Numbered from the stretch's first letter, positions 13,535 through 27,306 are shown. The stretch is DNA of 64,000 bases from Octopus vulgaris (GCA_951406725.2 OX597825.1:60574001-60638000); one strand, 5' to 3'. Translations and numbers: made by a program. The notes: a model not told the origin generated them from the sequence alone.

Positions 13535-16500
13535 ATGGCTTCGCTTAACCTTGGTTGTTTAAATGTGCGTGGTCTGAGTTCGAAGTGGAAGCAGGCTTGT
13601 TTCCTCGACGACCTCAGATCACATGATATACATGTGATGGTTGCTACAGAGACCAAGCTGGACAGCCTACAAACCTTCTCGCCTCTCCTGAATGGCTACG
13701 AGAAAATCAGGTCTCCTGGCCAGACCGGAGGGCGAGGGGGCGTAGTGGTACTGATCCGTAAAGACTTGGCTCTACAGACAAGTACAGTCTATGTAGACCC
13801 AGAAGGTGGGCTGGTCATCCTTGATGTGACATACAGCAGTAAGGCCTTCAGGTTGATCGGACTCTATGCACCTTGTGCTAGAGGTTTCCAAACTGATTTT
13901 TATCGGCGCCTAGAGGGCTTTCTCGTGACGTCGAAGACTTTAGTGATGTTAGGGGACTTTAATGCTATCGTTGACGTACACATCGATAGCGTTGGCTCGA
14001 TCTATAGGAAAGTGAACTCACGTCTCGTGGATCTGCTTAAGCGGTTTCAGCTAGCAGATCGTTATAGACTTGACCATCCGAACGTCCCAGAGTGGACCTG
14101 GATGAGTGGCGACGGAAGGTTCAAGTCTTATCTAGACAGGATAGTGATAAGAACTAGAGATAAGTCTAGTTTTAGTTGTCCACAGCTCGTCCAGGTGCCC
14201 TATACTGACCATAGAATGGTCACGTGTAGACTGGACATAGATAGCACACTTAAGATAGGAACCGGCTACTGGAAGCTGAACAAGTCTATTTTGACACGCG
14301 AGGCATACCGTAGCCGGATTAAGGTGCTAGTGCAGAGGGCGTTAACCGGAGCCGTGGTTAATAACCGGTGGTGGTTCACCCTCAAAGAAGCCATTCGATT
14401 CGAGTCCATTAGATTTAGTAAACAACTAAGACTAGATAGGGCTAGAATAGAAGGGCAACTAGTTAAGAACTTAGAGGAGGCGTTGAGGTTGGGCTCTGCA
14501 TCTCACATTTTAGCGGCGAGAACGGCATTAGACCGTCACCTCAAAACCAAACATGAGGGATGTAGAGTCCGGGCTAAAGTACGAGCATTGGGCCGTGAGG
14601 GAATTAATGTTGCCGGATGGGCCCGTACGATAGAAACACAGCGTGGAAACGATGCCACAATTGGGTCTCTTGTTGATGAAAACGGATGCACGATCAAGAA
14701 GCGGGACGAGATGTGTGAGGCACTCCACAAGCACTTCGCCGAGTTGTTCGGGAGGTGCGGGACGCTGGATCATGGTGAGGCCCTTAGGGACTTCCTGTCT
14801 GGTGGCCCGCGCCTCTCGACACGAGAGGCTGAGTGCTGTGAAGGGCCAATCACAGCCGAGGAAGTAATCGAGGTGTTGGGCAAGTGCCCCGGGGAGAAGT
14901 CGCCGGGTCTCGATGGTCTGCCCTATGAATTTTATAGAAGTATGCCAAACTTGTTCGGGCACCTGCTGGCTAGCGTCTACGCCAACTGGCAGCAGAATGG
15001 GAGAATTCCCAAGTCTGCGAGCCGGGGGGCGGTGACCTTGATCAGGAAGGACCCGAACAAGGGGGACGAGATAGGGAACTTCAGGCCCATAACTCTGTTA
15101 AACACAGAGTTAAATATTCTGGCCAAGGTGCTAGCAAAAAGGTTGGCGCGGGTCGTGGACAAACTTGTCGGGGAAGCGCAAACGTGCGCTATCCCCGGCA
15201 GAACGATCCACGACAATCTCCACCTTATACGCTACTCCTTAGAGAGGGTGGGGAAGCTTTCTGGCGCAGGGGGAGCACTGGTACATTTAGACCAGTCCAA
15301 AGCATTTGATAGGGTCGACCATCGGTACCTGGCGGCGGTCCTCGGAGAGGCTGGCCTAGGCCCGACCTTTCGAGGTTGGATCGCTGCTTTGTATAGCGAC
15401 ATCGAGTCTGTAGTCAAGGTGAACGGTTCCTTTTCGAAGCCGTTCAGGATCGAACGTTCAGTTCGTCAAGGGTGTCCCCTGTCCTCGCTCCTATACGTAT
15501 TGGCTCTTGAGCCTTTGCTGCGGAAGTTGGAGGCACTAGGGGGCGCGCCGCATGATCTATGGTGTGGAAGAGGAGCTACGGCGTATGCGGATGACACCTC
15601 CATCATCGTGGCAGACGAAGGCCAGCTTCCAGTGGTGGAAGAGGCCATAAAAAGCTACGAGGCGGTGGCAGGAGCAAAGGTTAACAAGGACAAGTCGGTC
15701 GGTTTGCAACTCGGCACCTGGAGGGGCAAGCCGATGCCGTCCAATAACGTCGTAGGGCGTTGGACGGAAGGTCCTGTTAAGCTGCTCGGAGTCTGGTTCG
15801 GGCCAGACCTCCAGATTGAGAAAAATTGGAGTGAGGTGGCCAACAAGGTGACCGCTCTAACCCAGACCTGGTCTGGGCGGGCGTTATCCCTGCTAGGGAA
15901 GGCGGAGGTGGTGCAGATGTTTATAGCATCAGTAATCACCTACCGTCTGACCGTGGTGCCTTGCCCCGATTTGTGGCTGAACAAGTAGGAGAGAATCCTT
16001 TTCCGATTTTTGTGGAAAGGAGGAAAGCCACTTGTAAAGCGCTCTGTCTGCTGCCAGAAACCGCTAAAGGGTGGGCTAGGGATGCCTTGGCTGAGGATGC
16101 GAAAACTCGCGTTAAGGTTGAGGCACCTCTGGCTTTACCTGGATGGAGAGCAGGTGTGGTCGCCGCACGTCCGGTTCTACCTTCCCCAGTTAACATCCCT
16201 AACGGACATCGGTGCATGGATCAAGCGGAGACCTAAACTGAGTGAATGGCATTTGGAGTGCCGTCAGGCGCTCCAGCTACTATCTCGGGTGGGCAACGCC
16301 GGCAACAGGAGTTCCACCACGGATTTCTATAGCGGGTTAGTGGAGATTAAGTCCGAAGACGCCTTGGGGGAGACCCTGGGCTACGATGAAAATCAGTTGA
16401 TCAACCTGTTCCGGAGGACGTTCGGGCCGGGGTATCTGGATAATTACCAGAAATCCCTAGCCTGGCAGTGTTTCCGTGCGGCTTTACCTGTTCGCGACAA

Positions 16501-16936
16501 GCTGTCAAGGCACGGTAGTGCCGTCTCGCCGACATGCCCGCGATGTGAGCAGGATAGGGAGACCGTCTTGCACGCATTCGTGGAGTGTCCGGAGTTATCG
16601 GGACTGATAGCTTTTGTAGAACAACTGTTGTCAGTGATGGGAAGAGTACAGCTATCAGCTGAGTCTATCATCGAGATTGTGCCGCCCCCTTTCCTTAACA
16701 GGGAAAGAAAGGCTTGTTTTTTCTGTGTAGTAGCCATACTGAAAGAAACAGTATGGAAGACGCGTACGAAAGGTATAGTGACAGGCACCTTTGTCTCCGG
16801 CCAGGGGTTGATTAACTTTTTTAGTTACCACCTCAGTAGCAAAATCAGGCTGGAGAAGAGGTGTCTGTCACGAGATATGTTTGTGAAAAGATGGAAGCCT
16901 GTGGCATACAAGATGGGTATGTTTGGCACCAGGTAA
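13535..16936 (+). CDS. Retrotransposon ORF2: APE endonuclease + reverse transcriptase + C-terminal zinc finger; single in-frame TAG at 15986-15988
   Basis: APE motifs LNVRGL, ETK, GDFNA, YLDRI, TDH; RT motifs KSPGLDGLP, FRPITLLN, DQSKAFDRVDH, QGCPLS, YADD; frame continues NK*ERILFRFLWKG...GGLGMP...CPRCEQDRETVLHAFVEC. GYWKLN and FLW...GGLG are typical of Tx1/L1. Confidence 0.95.
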
Positions 16937-17156
16937 GTGTGACCGGATCAGAAAGTAAAGGTTCTACCCGGATGGCTGGGTGTCCGTCCTTCGACATGAT
17001 CATTAATATTTTTAAACATTGCCTTCGTAAAATTCATTGTTTATAATCTTATCCGTAATTTCATTCGAAAATTGTAACTGTGTTAAGCTACTTCACCCTT
17101 TATATCCTTGTTTGTCCCCTCTTTGTAAATGCCTAAATGGCAAATTATATGAAATA

Positions 17157-17540
17157 AAGTAGCTTGCTAACCAACCACATGGTTCTGGGTTCAGTCCCAC
17201 TGCGTGGCATCTTGGGCAAGTGTCTTCTGCTATAGCCCCGGGCCGACCAATGCCTTGTGAGTGGATTTGGTAGACGGAAACTGAAAGAAGCCTGTCGTAT
17301 ATATGTGTATATATATATATATATATGTGTGTGTGTTTGTGTGTCTGTGTTTGTCCCCCTAGCATTGCTTGACAACCGATGCTGGTGTGTTTACGTCCCC
17401 GTCACTTAGCGGTTCGGCAAAGGAGACCGATAGAATAAGTACTGGGCTTACAAAGAATAAGTCCCGGGGTCGATTTGCTCGACTAAAGGCGGTGCTCCAG
17501 CATGACCGCAGTCAAATGACTGAAACAAGTAAAAGAAAAA
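17157..17540 (+). mobile_element. 3' part of the family A SINE split by the Tx1 insertion
   Basis: Resumes the family A sequence exactly at the duplicated 16 bp. Confidence 0.92.
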
Positions 17541-18281
17541 AAACAAATATGTTGAACGAAACAGATAACAAAATAAAGCGAGTAAATAATTTTATGAAAG
17601 AAGTATTGCAATGGACTAGATTAGTGGTACCAAAATCGACAGCGTGAGTAATGACTGAACATCGCTACTGTGCTAGAATAATAAGGGTTTGCATTCATTT
17701 CAAATTCAGATTTCTAATCCGTCACGATGCAAGGAAATAATTACTTCCCCTGTATTTATTGTCATAACAAAGAGAACGCTATATCTAAAGTTTAATAATT
17801 AGAAGGATAAAAATTATAGGGAACGACTGGACAAATAAACTGATGATTACTGAACGTGTTGATTATCTTATGTATCAAATATACAAAGAAAAAATGCGAC
17901 CGGATTGTGTGCTACTAAAAATCACTGTTTGAAGTTATCGTAATAAGAATATAAAAGTGGTGAAGTTAAAACATTAGGAAAATATGAAAAATCTTCTGCT
18001 GAATTAAGATAAGTCAAAACAGTGCGTCACTTTCAGATTTATTGTATTGCCGAAGTAATTAGAAAGTAAAAGATTTATAATATAGTTTTCAAACAATCTC
18101 TAAATACATTCTTCTTCAAAAGTCTGAATTCCTGACACCCAGACACATTCGAAAAAAATCACTTATAGGTGGTATTATTTCAGATACGGTATAATGCGCC
18201 CGCCCGCGTGCACACACACAAACGCCTACCCGCACGCCTGCGCGCACACACGCACACACGCACACACACATACACACACAT

Positions 18282-18314
<33 letters not shown>

Positions 18315-21300
18315 CACAAGAACAATTAATTAAACAGTCAATTAATTTTGAGTGAGACGAAAATTTTAGTCAGATCGAAATTTCACAACTCTCCTGTGCG
18401 TTTATATTCTGTGGTTCTTCACCTAAAATATATTTTAAGAATGCATATCTAATACTTGCATTTTCCGTTGACTTCACTCTCCTACGGATAACACCTTGAA
18501 CAAAGCTGTATGGGAATCTAACTTTGCATGAATATATACTGCGACTGACCTAATTTAAATCAGTTAAATACACTTAACTGCTACATCGAAAGACATCAGA
18601 GAAAGTTATGCAGCAGAAACTCGTGTCGGGTTGGAATTTTGAAGATATATACATTTCTATTCACTTTATGATATCTATATGTTTGTTTGTCTTTCAGTCT
18701 GTCTAGCTAACCATCTATCTCTCTATGCTATGCGCATATGTCTATCTATGTACTTTTGGTATGTATATATATATATGTATGTGTAGATATATGCGTATAT
18801 GTGAAATCACAGTACAGACAGAAGATTAAGAAGTTGCGTACGCAAGATTAAGATTTGATCGCACTGAATAGCATATTTTTAAAGTGTCATATTCAATGGT
18901 CTCAGGTGCACTTATTCTTTGTGCGTGAATGTGAGGAGACAGCAACTGTATAGTCGGTTGGCTACTAAATTGCTCCTGTTGCTGGAGAAACGTTAGAAGC
19001 TTGTCTTGCCGACTACTCGAGAATTACTTTTAATGTAATGTGTGTGTTTCGAAAGTTTAGCTATTTCCAAGTTAATTGAAAAGCAAATAACTCAGTTGAA
19101 TTAAGACTGAATCTTCAATGTTGAACGACAGTGATTCTGTACCATGTTTATATATACATACACATATATCGTGAAAATCAAAATGTAACACGGAAACGAT
19201 TAACAGGAGAGGTCAAATAACATTCGAAATCCTCTTCTCAGCCATGGAGACAAGAATTAGATTCAGAAGCACTAACGATGTGGAAGGTCTTTACATTCCA
19301 TGATACTTCTTCTCTGGTTGAGATGATCGACGTACAGCGATTAACTCTGTAGCTACTAGATATTGTTCTATATATATATATATATCCAGAATAGTTACGT
19401 GTTCCTCTGGAATGGTTCAAAGGAGGCGGACATCTTTAGGAACACCCCAGAAGAGTCGAAAATGTATCAAGTTTTTTCTTAAGTTTTCAGTCTTCCAAGA
19501 AATAGGCAAATTTCACCGGCATGTAATGTTTACTGAATAGGTCTATGTATGTATGTATGTATTTAAACATGCATGAGTTTGTATGTGGGTGTAAGTGTAT
19601 GGGTAAGTCACAATTTCAGTATAATGTAATTAATAGCTAATTCTATCGTCAGTATTTTCTTAATGGAGTGTTACTAATTACCAATTTGTAGATTATAAGT
19701 AAGTTTAAGAGCCTAATAAACATTAACATGGAATGAAGCAAAAACAATACCGAAAAACCTTCGCTCAATCCCATAGCATGTAAAAGGCAAAGCCTAAATC
19801 GAAAAGAAAGCAAATATTGATGGAATAATTATTCCGAATAAAACAGTCAAGGCCGAACCAAAACTGGTGACCTAAAAGTAACTACTTAATCATCACAACA
19901 ACAATAATTTAAACCTAAACGGACACAGACATTGCGTTATCAGCTGCTCTATTGGAAATCATTATACATAAATATTTAATTAGGTGACTGAACACAAATT
20001 GCCTAAAACTATGTGTTTCATCGTATATTAAAACTCACGTTATTTTTCGGTCAGCCATTTTAATTAAAAATGTTCGACTGAAGATTCAGACGTATATTAC
20101 CTGTCAAGAAACATAGCTTTGGGAAGATTCGTTTCCAAATGACTGACTGTTATTATTTATATCTTATTCTCAGTATTGAGCACGCTTCTATTTTTCGTTA
20201 TCAGCAACGTACACACATTTATTCACAGAGAAAAGCATACGGCACTTCAATATTTATCCAACGTACAAACAAACCTTTCATTCCTACAAACTTATACAAA
20301 TACATAAAATATAATATGCGCCTACTCGTTTCGAAGTTCAACCATAACGCACAGATAAAAAGTCAGCATTAGTAGTACGGAATTTGAGGTCTAATATATG
20401 ATTCGCAGAACATTTCATAGCTCTTCTTCTGCCTATTTGCAAGATCTAGGGACAAGGTGAGGTAAAATGTCTGAAACACAATTTCTTCATACGGCAGACA
20501 CGTTTAAAAACTCAACGTTAGTAGTTTTTCGTCTTGATTCAAAATGGTCGACTAATAATACTGCTCAGTTTTAAGAGAAATGTAAGATTATCAACCAGTT
20601 CCCTTTACGCTGATTGAAATGAACCATTTATTCCGCTGTTGTGTCATTGGAAGCACTTGTATACACAGACATACACATTATATAGGTATATTTATATACA
20701 TACATACATACACACACACACACATGCATGTGATATATTATAGTGCATATAAGTATACTTATAAAGACATATTAACAGGTATACACGATTATATAGATTC
20801 CTATACATAGATTGCATATGTATATACTTACAGATATATTTATACGTATATGTGTGTGTGTAATATGTATACATACATATATATTTGCAAGTATATGTAT
20901 GTGTATGTGCATTTGTGTGTTTGCGGGTGTAAACTACGTAAGGGAAAATGGTAAAAGAGACCCTTTTATATTTTTATAGATTGATCTAAAACCAAAATTC
21001 ATGAAATATAAGTAATGAGAATTTACTGTGGATGTTAAAGTGAGTGAAATCTGAAACAATTATTGTGAAGGAGAATTGATCGTTAAAATTTGAAGTTTCC
21101 ACGTATTGCGGAAAATTTTGATTTACAGCAATTTAAATGTAATGCGTTGTTAGATATTGAACAGTTAAGCATTGAAAGGAGGCGCAGTTATAATGTTGAG
21201 AGGAATTATTTCAAAACATATTTATTTTCTTCGATCTTCAATCCATCTAGTTAGCTAGTCTGCCGCCACGTTATTTTAATGCTTCGCTTCGAGTATATAT

Positions 21301-23023
21301 CTCTAGTGATCGATGAAAATGATCGGCCATCAAACAGTTTTATCTTTATCCCCGTTTTAACGACATTATAGGTGTGTTTTAATGGGAATTAATTGAAAGA
21401 AATAAAAGAAAATGGAGTTCAGACTCAGTAAAAAATAAATTCAATTCGAAAAAGTGTTTCAGAGATTTACGTTAGTCCGTAATGTACATAAAAAAAAATG
21501 AAATGTTTTATAAATGTATGTCTGTGTACCACTTTAGTGTTTAGCATTAGATTTGAAATAGTGTTATTCATTTTATTATGGGATTCCATTAAACATCACA
21601 TGGTCTATTTAATCGTGAGGACATTTATGAGAAAGATGCTTAAATTATGCATCTGAGAGACGGAGGGTATAGAATCGAGGCACGGTGAATAGAAATATTT
21701 GTTGATAGATAGCTTAATTAATTATATGTTTGATTGATTGAAGCTTAATACACTGAATGAGTGATTGATTGTTTTTTTTTTATAGATTGAATGTGTATAT
21801 ATTTTAAATAAGAGTGACAGAATTGAGAGAGAGAGAGAGAGAGAGTTGGAGAGAAGGAAGGCGAGAAAGAGAGAGAGAGAGAGAGAGAGATAATGTGAAG
21901 AAGATAGAAAGGCAGACATATAGAAAACAGTGCCTGTTAAACAAGGTGGGAAAGGTTTACCTTATTCAAACTTAGTAAGACGAAAGCTGAATTTATGATG
22001 AAAAAGCAGAATGAGTGAGAGATACAAGTAAAGGAGCGGAAGATAACGGAAGTAGAAGAGAACTATATAACATGAAAGCTATATGCATTATATATGTACA
22101 TACACGTGCACACAGACACATATATTTGTGTTGGTTTGCCCAAAAGAAACCAAACGCAGTAGGATATATCTAATTACCAAAGAACATATTTCATACATGC
22201 ATAATCAAAATATTTTAGAGAATAAATGAATACATTTTAAGAAATTTGCTCTGCTACTGTGAAAATGGATTAGATATTCAATTATAAGATGCTGTATAAA
22301 TAATACTACACCTTATTGATATATAAATATTAATGATGCTTTACTGATTACTATATTTACATAGCTTGATTATAATATGTGTAAAATTTAAATTAACACA
22401 GTTGCATTTATACATTCCCGCATGAATAAGATGTAGTTTAATATGACAGTATACACTGCACAAGTTATTTTAATATTTATCCTTTCATTAAGGTAGTAGA
22501 CCACTTTAGAATGGTAAATCATTTACGCACTACGTGAAAGTTGGTTAATTTGGCCTTTGTTAATTAGACTTCTTGTTGATTGTACCGCTTGTTTTAGTGT
22601 GCTGAGTTTCTTTTCCGCTGTGAAGAACAGAAACGTCTTGCTACCGAGCGCTAAATACATTTGATTACTAGTTATCACTTCTAGTCAAATTGATTAAGAG
22701 TGAGATATGGAATATAAAATAGCTAACTCTGGAGATTCACTACAGATATATTTTATTGCATGCATACACATGTATTGTCTTCAGGACTGTTAGCTCTTTA
22801 ACTGTACGTAGATTCGTATGTATACATACAATACATACATGCATGTGTTTGTATGTATGTGTGAGTGTAAATATTCTTTATTCATTTTTCTTTTACTTGT
22901 TTCAGTCATTTGACTGCGGCCATGCTGGAGCATCTCATTTAAGGGTTTTAGTCGAACAAATCAACTCCGGGACTTCTTTTTTTAAAGCCTGGTGGTTATC
23001 TACCAAACCTTAAACCTATATTC

Positions 23024-23024
<1 letters not shown>

Positions 23025-23113
<89 letters not shown>
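23025..23113. repeat. (TCTA)n microsatellite
   Basis: Direct repeat. Confidence 0.95.
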
Positions 23114-23114
<1 letters not shown>

Positions 23115-25216
23115 AGTACATGAATTACTTTCCTTAGTAGGTCTCAGAATATTGATTCATTCTGAAATGGAATGAATTTTTTCTCACAACATATTTGGGT
23201 TTTCTAGAAAAAATATTCCTTTCTTCCAAAATTGTTTAGAAATTCACGTAATTACTATATATTCATTATTTTTATAATCAGGAAAATTCTACTTTTCTAA
23301 CTCAAATGCTTGTGGACATGCAATGTTCTGAGTAGTATTCTTCTCTGCTCATAAGAAACGTATTTCCGTAAACAATATCATTTCAGTCGTTTTGCACCAC
23401 TTTGTATTGCAGTAAATGACTTAAGAGGTACTTTTGGAAAACCAGCAACCATATAAGAATATGCCTGTTAAATAGGAGGCTGACAGCTGTGGTCTGGCTA
23501 TGCCAAACGGATTCTATGTACGAAAGTGGTTACGGCACAATCCTTAGACTAACCGAAACAGCTGCCAAGATAAAACATATCTCCTTCCCGATACTTTATT
23601 TTCCGTACTCCGTATTCGGTAATTCATGTATATACACGCATTAAGCCTATTTATGTTTATCCGTCTTAATATATATAGGTTGTGCCCCAGCATGACCGAA
23701 GTCGAAGGAAACAAATAAAAGATAAAATATACTTACACAAACACACTAACACACACACATAGGCACGCACGCACACACAGATACATAGTTTACTGATCTG
23801 TTACAGAATTTTCTCATTCGGTTCTGATTTCATGATGCCTCCTTCACTCCTATACATCTTATTGACTCTCACCTCCTCTCTAACGTACTTGACCCTCTTG
23901 TGCTAGCGACAAAGAAATTCTCACCTCATACAATCTAATCCGTAATCACTTTGATGTATTTCATGAATTCCTGTGAGCATTTTTACCCAGGTTAACACAA
24001 ATATGCATTGCATAGCGAACTTCCAAACGTCCCGACAGCATTCTCCAAGATAGCCAACTGTGGCAAGTATTATTTAGTAAGATATGTTCCTACAGCTATT
24101 ACAGCCATCTCGTTCTATCTGGAATAACCAAACATTGGCAGTTCTGCTTATTTGATTAGAGTAATAATATATCAAAATTAGAATAATCTAAGACAGTTAT
24201 AATGACCTCTCCTAAAAATTCTGAAAGACTTGGAAAATGTACGTCGTACAAACGTTATGTGTGTGTGTGAAGTTGTAGTAGTTATATGGTAGAATTTTGG
24301 TATCATTGACCAACTTAATGTTATTTCAGTGATGAACATTGACCGTAAATGCATTAGTCATTGCTTAAATTATTTAGCTCGTATGTACTACATATTTTCG
24401 TGATAGGAATAGAATCATGAAATAGAGATACACATATATTGCACGTAGCATATTATTGAATATAAGATTAGACGAAATGATATTCAAATTTAATCATATG
24501 AATTAAACTATTTTCTGAGCTTTTTAGATAAATACTTACAATTAATTTATTGTAAAGCGAATGGAATTAAATTTCCTTCACAGACAATGGAATATTATAT
24601 TATTGCATATTGTTTAATACATATCTGTCTTACACACACACATACTCTGAAGCACGCACAAACATGCATATATACAGGTGAACATATATATATATCTATA
24701 AATTTCTTCAAGAAAAATTTTGGTTGCAATGTCTTAGAATTCTCAGCTTCGTAGCTGCCAATGATGACAGGTAGGAGGCCAACACAGCAAAATCCCTATT
24801 TAATTTTTTCTTGAAACAATTGAAAGCTAGGTATTTTATTAAAAATTATTGAACAATCCGTCAGTTTAATATTAATAATTTATAAACATAATAATAAAAA
24901 ACAAGAGCACTGCAAGGCAACACCTACATCCTCTCAACGATTAACCGGAGATGATTTTTAAAATGGGAATATCTGAAATAAACTCGACTGCTCTCACGAC
25001 TGTGTGTCGTCTGCAGTGGAAACAGGGACAGTTTTCTCTATGATGGTCTTATTTTAGTCTATTCACTGATATGGTGTCTTTATGACCACTAGGGTCTATA
25101 GTGAAAAATTTATCCGTGCGTGAAAGAAAACGGAAAGGACCTGCATACGGTACCGTTAACGGAGGTTTAACAACATCGTTGCGCACAAAAACGTGAGTCT
25201 AAGAAGTAAAGCTTCT

Positions 25217-25658
25217 GGATCTTTTCGGTTTGAACGGCAGCTTTTAACATAATTTCTAGGTAACTAAAAAAATTTAAACTTCGTATACTGGTAGAATGTG
25301 TTTATAAAACATCTTTTTCTCTTGGCTTTATTGAGAAAATTCTATAGTTTGTAAGATATTTGTTGTTTTTTTTCTTCAATTTCTGCAATTTCAACCAATC
25401 ACTGACGTCTATTGAGGTAAAAACATTCTGTGGCGTATGAATATGTCCCTCGTTTAAGAAACAGATTGGGTTTACTTACATTTGTGAAGAAAAAAAGATA
25501 CCCTTCCCCCCACCCCTAACCCTAACGCTAACCCTAACCCTAACCGTAAAACATATTGAAATGCAATAGATCGATACTAGGGTCATAATTGTCACCCATA
25601 GGGTGACAATTTCATATGACACCGCTAGGAAAAACTGCCGTTTAAACCGGAAAGATCC
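25217..25658. mobile_element. MITE / non-autonomous DNA transposon (24-bp TIR, 8-bp TSD; Merlin- or hAT-like)
   Basis: TIR ggatcttttcggtttgaacggcag / ctgccgtttaaaccggaaagatcc; TSD aagcttct at 25209-25216 and 25659-25666. Confidence 0.9.
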
Positions 25659-26133
25659 AAGCTTCTTTCAAGCCAGAGCTAGAAATGCAATTGTCAAGCA
25701 GGTAAGAGGTTTTAAACAGGGGAGATATATTAAAAATTGGCAAAACTAAAAATTGTCAAGGATAAATTAAATATATTATTGTTACTGAATATGCTAGTTA
25801 TTTAATTTCTGAACGTTTTACTGCCACTTGTTTATGTAGCTTGATTTCTTTATCCATCAGTTTCTACTAAGATAGAGACGCGAGTAAAAAATTATAATAG
25901 AGAAACGAAAATAAAACTTTGGAAAGAGCAACGCCGCCATAACTTACGTGGACACCATGAGCGTGCTTTCAAGGTAAATAATCAGAGAAAGACTTGAAAG
26001 TGAACGTAAAATCGCAATACTTCATGTAAAGTAAAGCAGATGCAACAAATAATCTAGAATCCTTGTCTATATGTATATATGTATATATGTATATATATAT
26101 TTTATATTTCGAATGGTCATATAGTTTATAAAA

Positions 26134-26182
<49 letters not shown>

Positions 26183-26187
<5 letters not shown>

Positions 26188-26343
26188 ACTTAAATCTGAA
26201 CACTACTATAGAAATATTCTTTTAAAAAACTTTTCTTCTAATTTTTCTAAATTTAATTATTTAATCGTTACAGTTGAAAGGTCTCAAAATGACCGAAACC
26301 GGTACTGAAATGTTCACTATAAATTATTTTAGCATTTTCTATT

Positions 26344-26350
<7 letters not shown>
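26183..26350 (+). mobile_element. Solo pLTR-like repeat carrying a hammerhead-like motif (26271-26307)
   Basis: Homologous to the arms of the 31351-31851 foldback; sits between (TA)n and (TG)n. Confidence 0.7.
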
Positions 26351-26380
<30 letters not shown>

Positions 26381-26383
<3 letters not shown>

Positions 26384-26640
26384 TTCCGGATTCAGTGTCA
26401 CTGTCTTCTGCTATAGCCTTGGGCCGACTAGAGCCTTATTAGTAGCGCACGCTTGTGTGTGCAAGCGCGTCTGTGTCTTTTTGTCTGTGTTTGTCTCCCA
26501 CTAAGGCTTGATAACCGGTATTCGTGTGTTTAAGTCCTCGTAAAGCAGCAGTTCAGCAAATCAGATTGATAGAATAAGTACCGGCCTGAAAATATGTACT
26601 GGGATCGATTCATTCGATTAAAAATTCCTTCTGGTCTCCA
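26381..26640 (+). mobile_element. Degraded family A-related SINE
   Basis: tcttctgctatagccttgggccgac...cagttcagcaaa...gatagaataagtac similarity. Confidence 0.65.
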
Positions 26641-26770
26641 ATGGCTAAGAGTCCTATCATAACTGTTGCATTCACTTATATCTGGTGTTTGCTGCATTTG
26701 CCTTTCTATTACTTGCACAGAAAAATGAGTGTAAGATATATAAAAATATAGCTATTTTATCTTATATAAG

Positions 26771-27075
26771 TAAAGGCGCATGGCTCAGTGGTTAGAGAAT
26801 CGAGCTAACGATCGCGAGGTTGTGAGTTCGAATCCTGGACCGGGCTGCAGGTTGTGTTCTTGAGCAAGACACTTTATTTCACGTTGCTCCAGTTCACTCA
26901 GCTGTATCGGCCCCTTTGCCTTTCCCTTGAATAACACTAGTGGCGTGGAGATGAGAGACCGTATGCATGGGCGACTGCTTGTCTTCCATAAACAACCTTG
27001 CCCGGACTTGTGCCTGGGAGGGTAACTTTCTAGTTGCAATCCCATGGTCATTCATGTCTGAAGGGGGTCTCAGCA
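26771..27075 (+). mobile_element. SINE head type D (OR2/CORE-like), alternative tail
   Basis: tggctcagtggttagag A box, gagttcgaatcc B box, CORE-like gttgtgttcttgagcaagacact; 12-bp TSD atcttatataag at 26759-26770 and 27076-27087. Confidence 0.88.
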
Positions 27076-27267
27076 ATCTTATATAAGAATGCATATTCTT
27101 TTTCGGAGTAAAGCAATCATGGACAATTATCTATCGATCTATCTATCTATCTATCTGTCTCTATCTATCAAACTATCTATGTATCTAGCTGTCAATCTAT
27201 CTATGTATCTATTTATTATCTATCTATCTCCTTATCTATCTATCATATATAGATATGTACATATATG

Positions 27268-27306
<39 letters not shown>

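Larger units (their letters stand above)
11727..17156 (+). mobile_element. Full-length Tx1/L1-clade non-LTR retrotransposon
   Basis: ~390-nt 5' UTR, ORF1, ORF2, ~220-nt 3' UTR ending at AATAAA; 16-bp TSD aagtagcttgctaacc at 11711-11726 and 17157-17172; markedly more GC-rich than the flanks. Confidence 0.95.

Noticed and set aside
12133-16788. Antisense and alternate-frame ORFs within the LINE
   Set aside because: Shadow frames of GC-rich coding sequence; no independent motifs.
23475-23575. Inverted ACAGCTG motifs with GAAACAGCTGCC
   Set aside because: Possibly a very decayed pLTR, but no 5' core or stems are recognisable.
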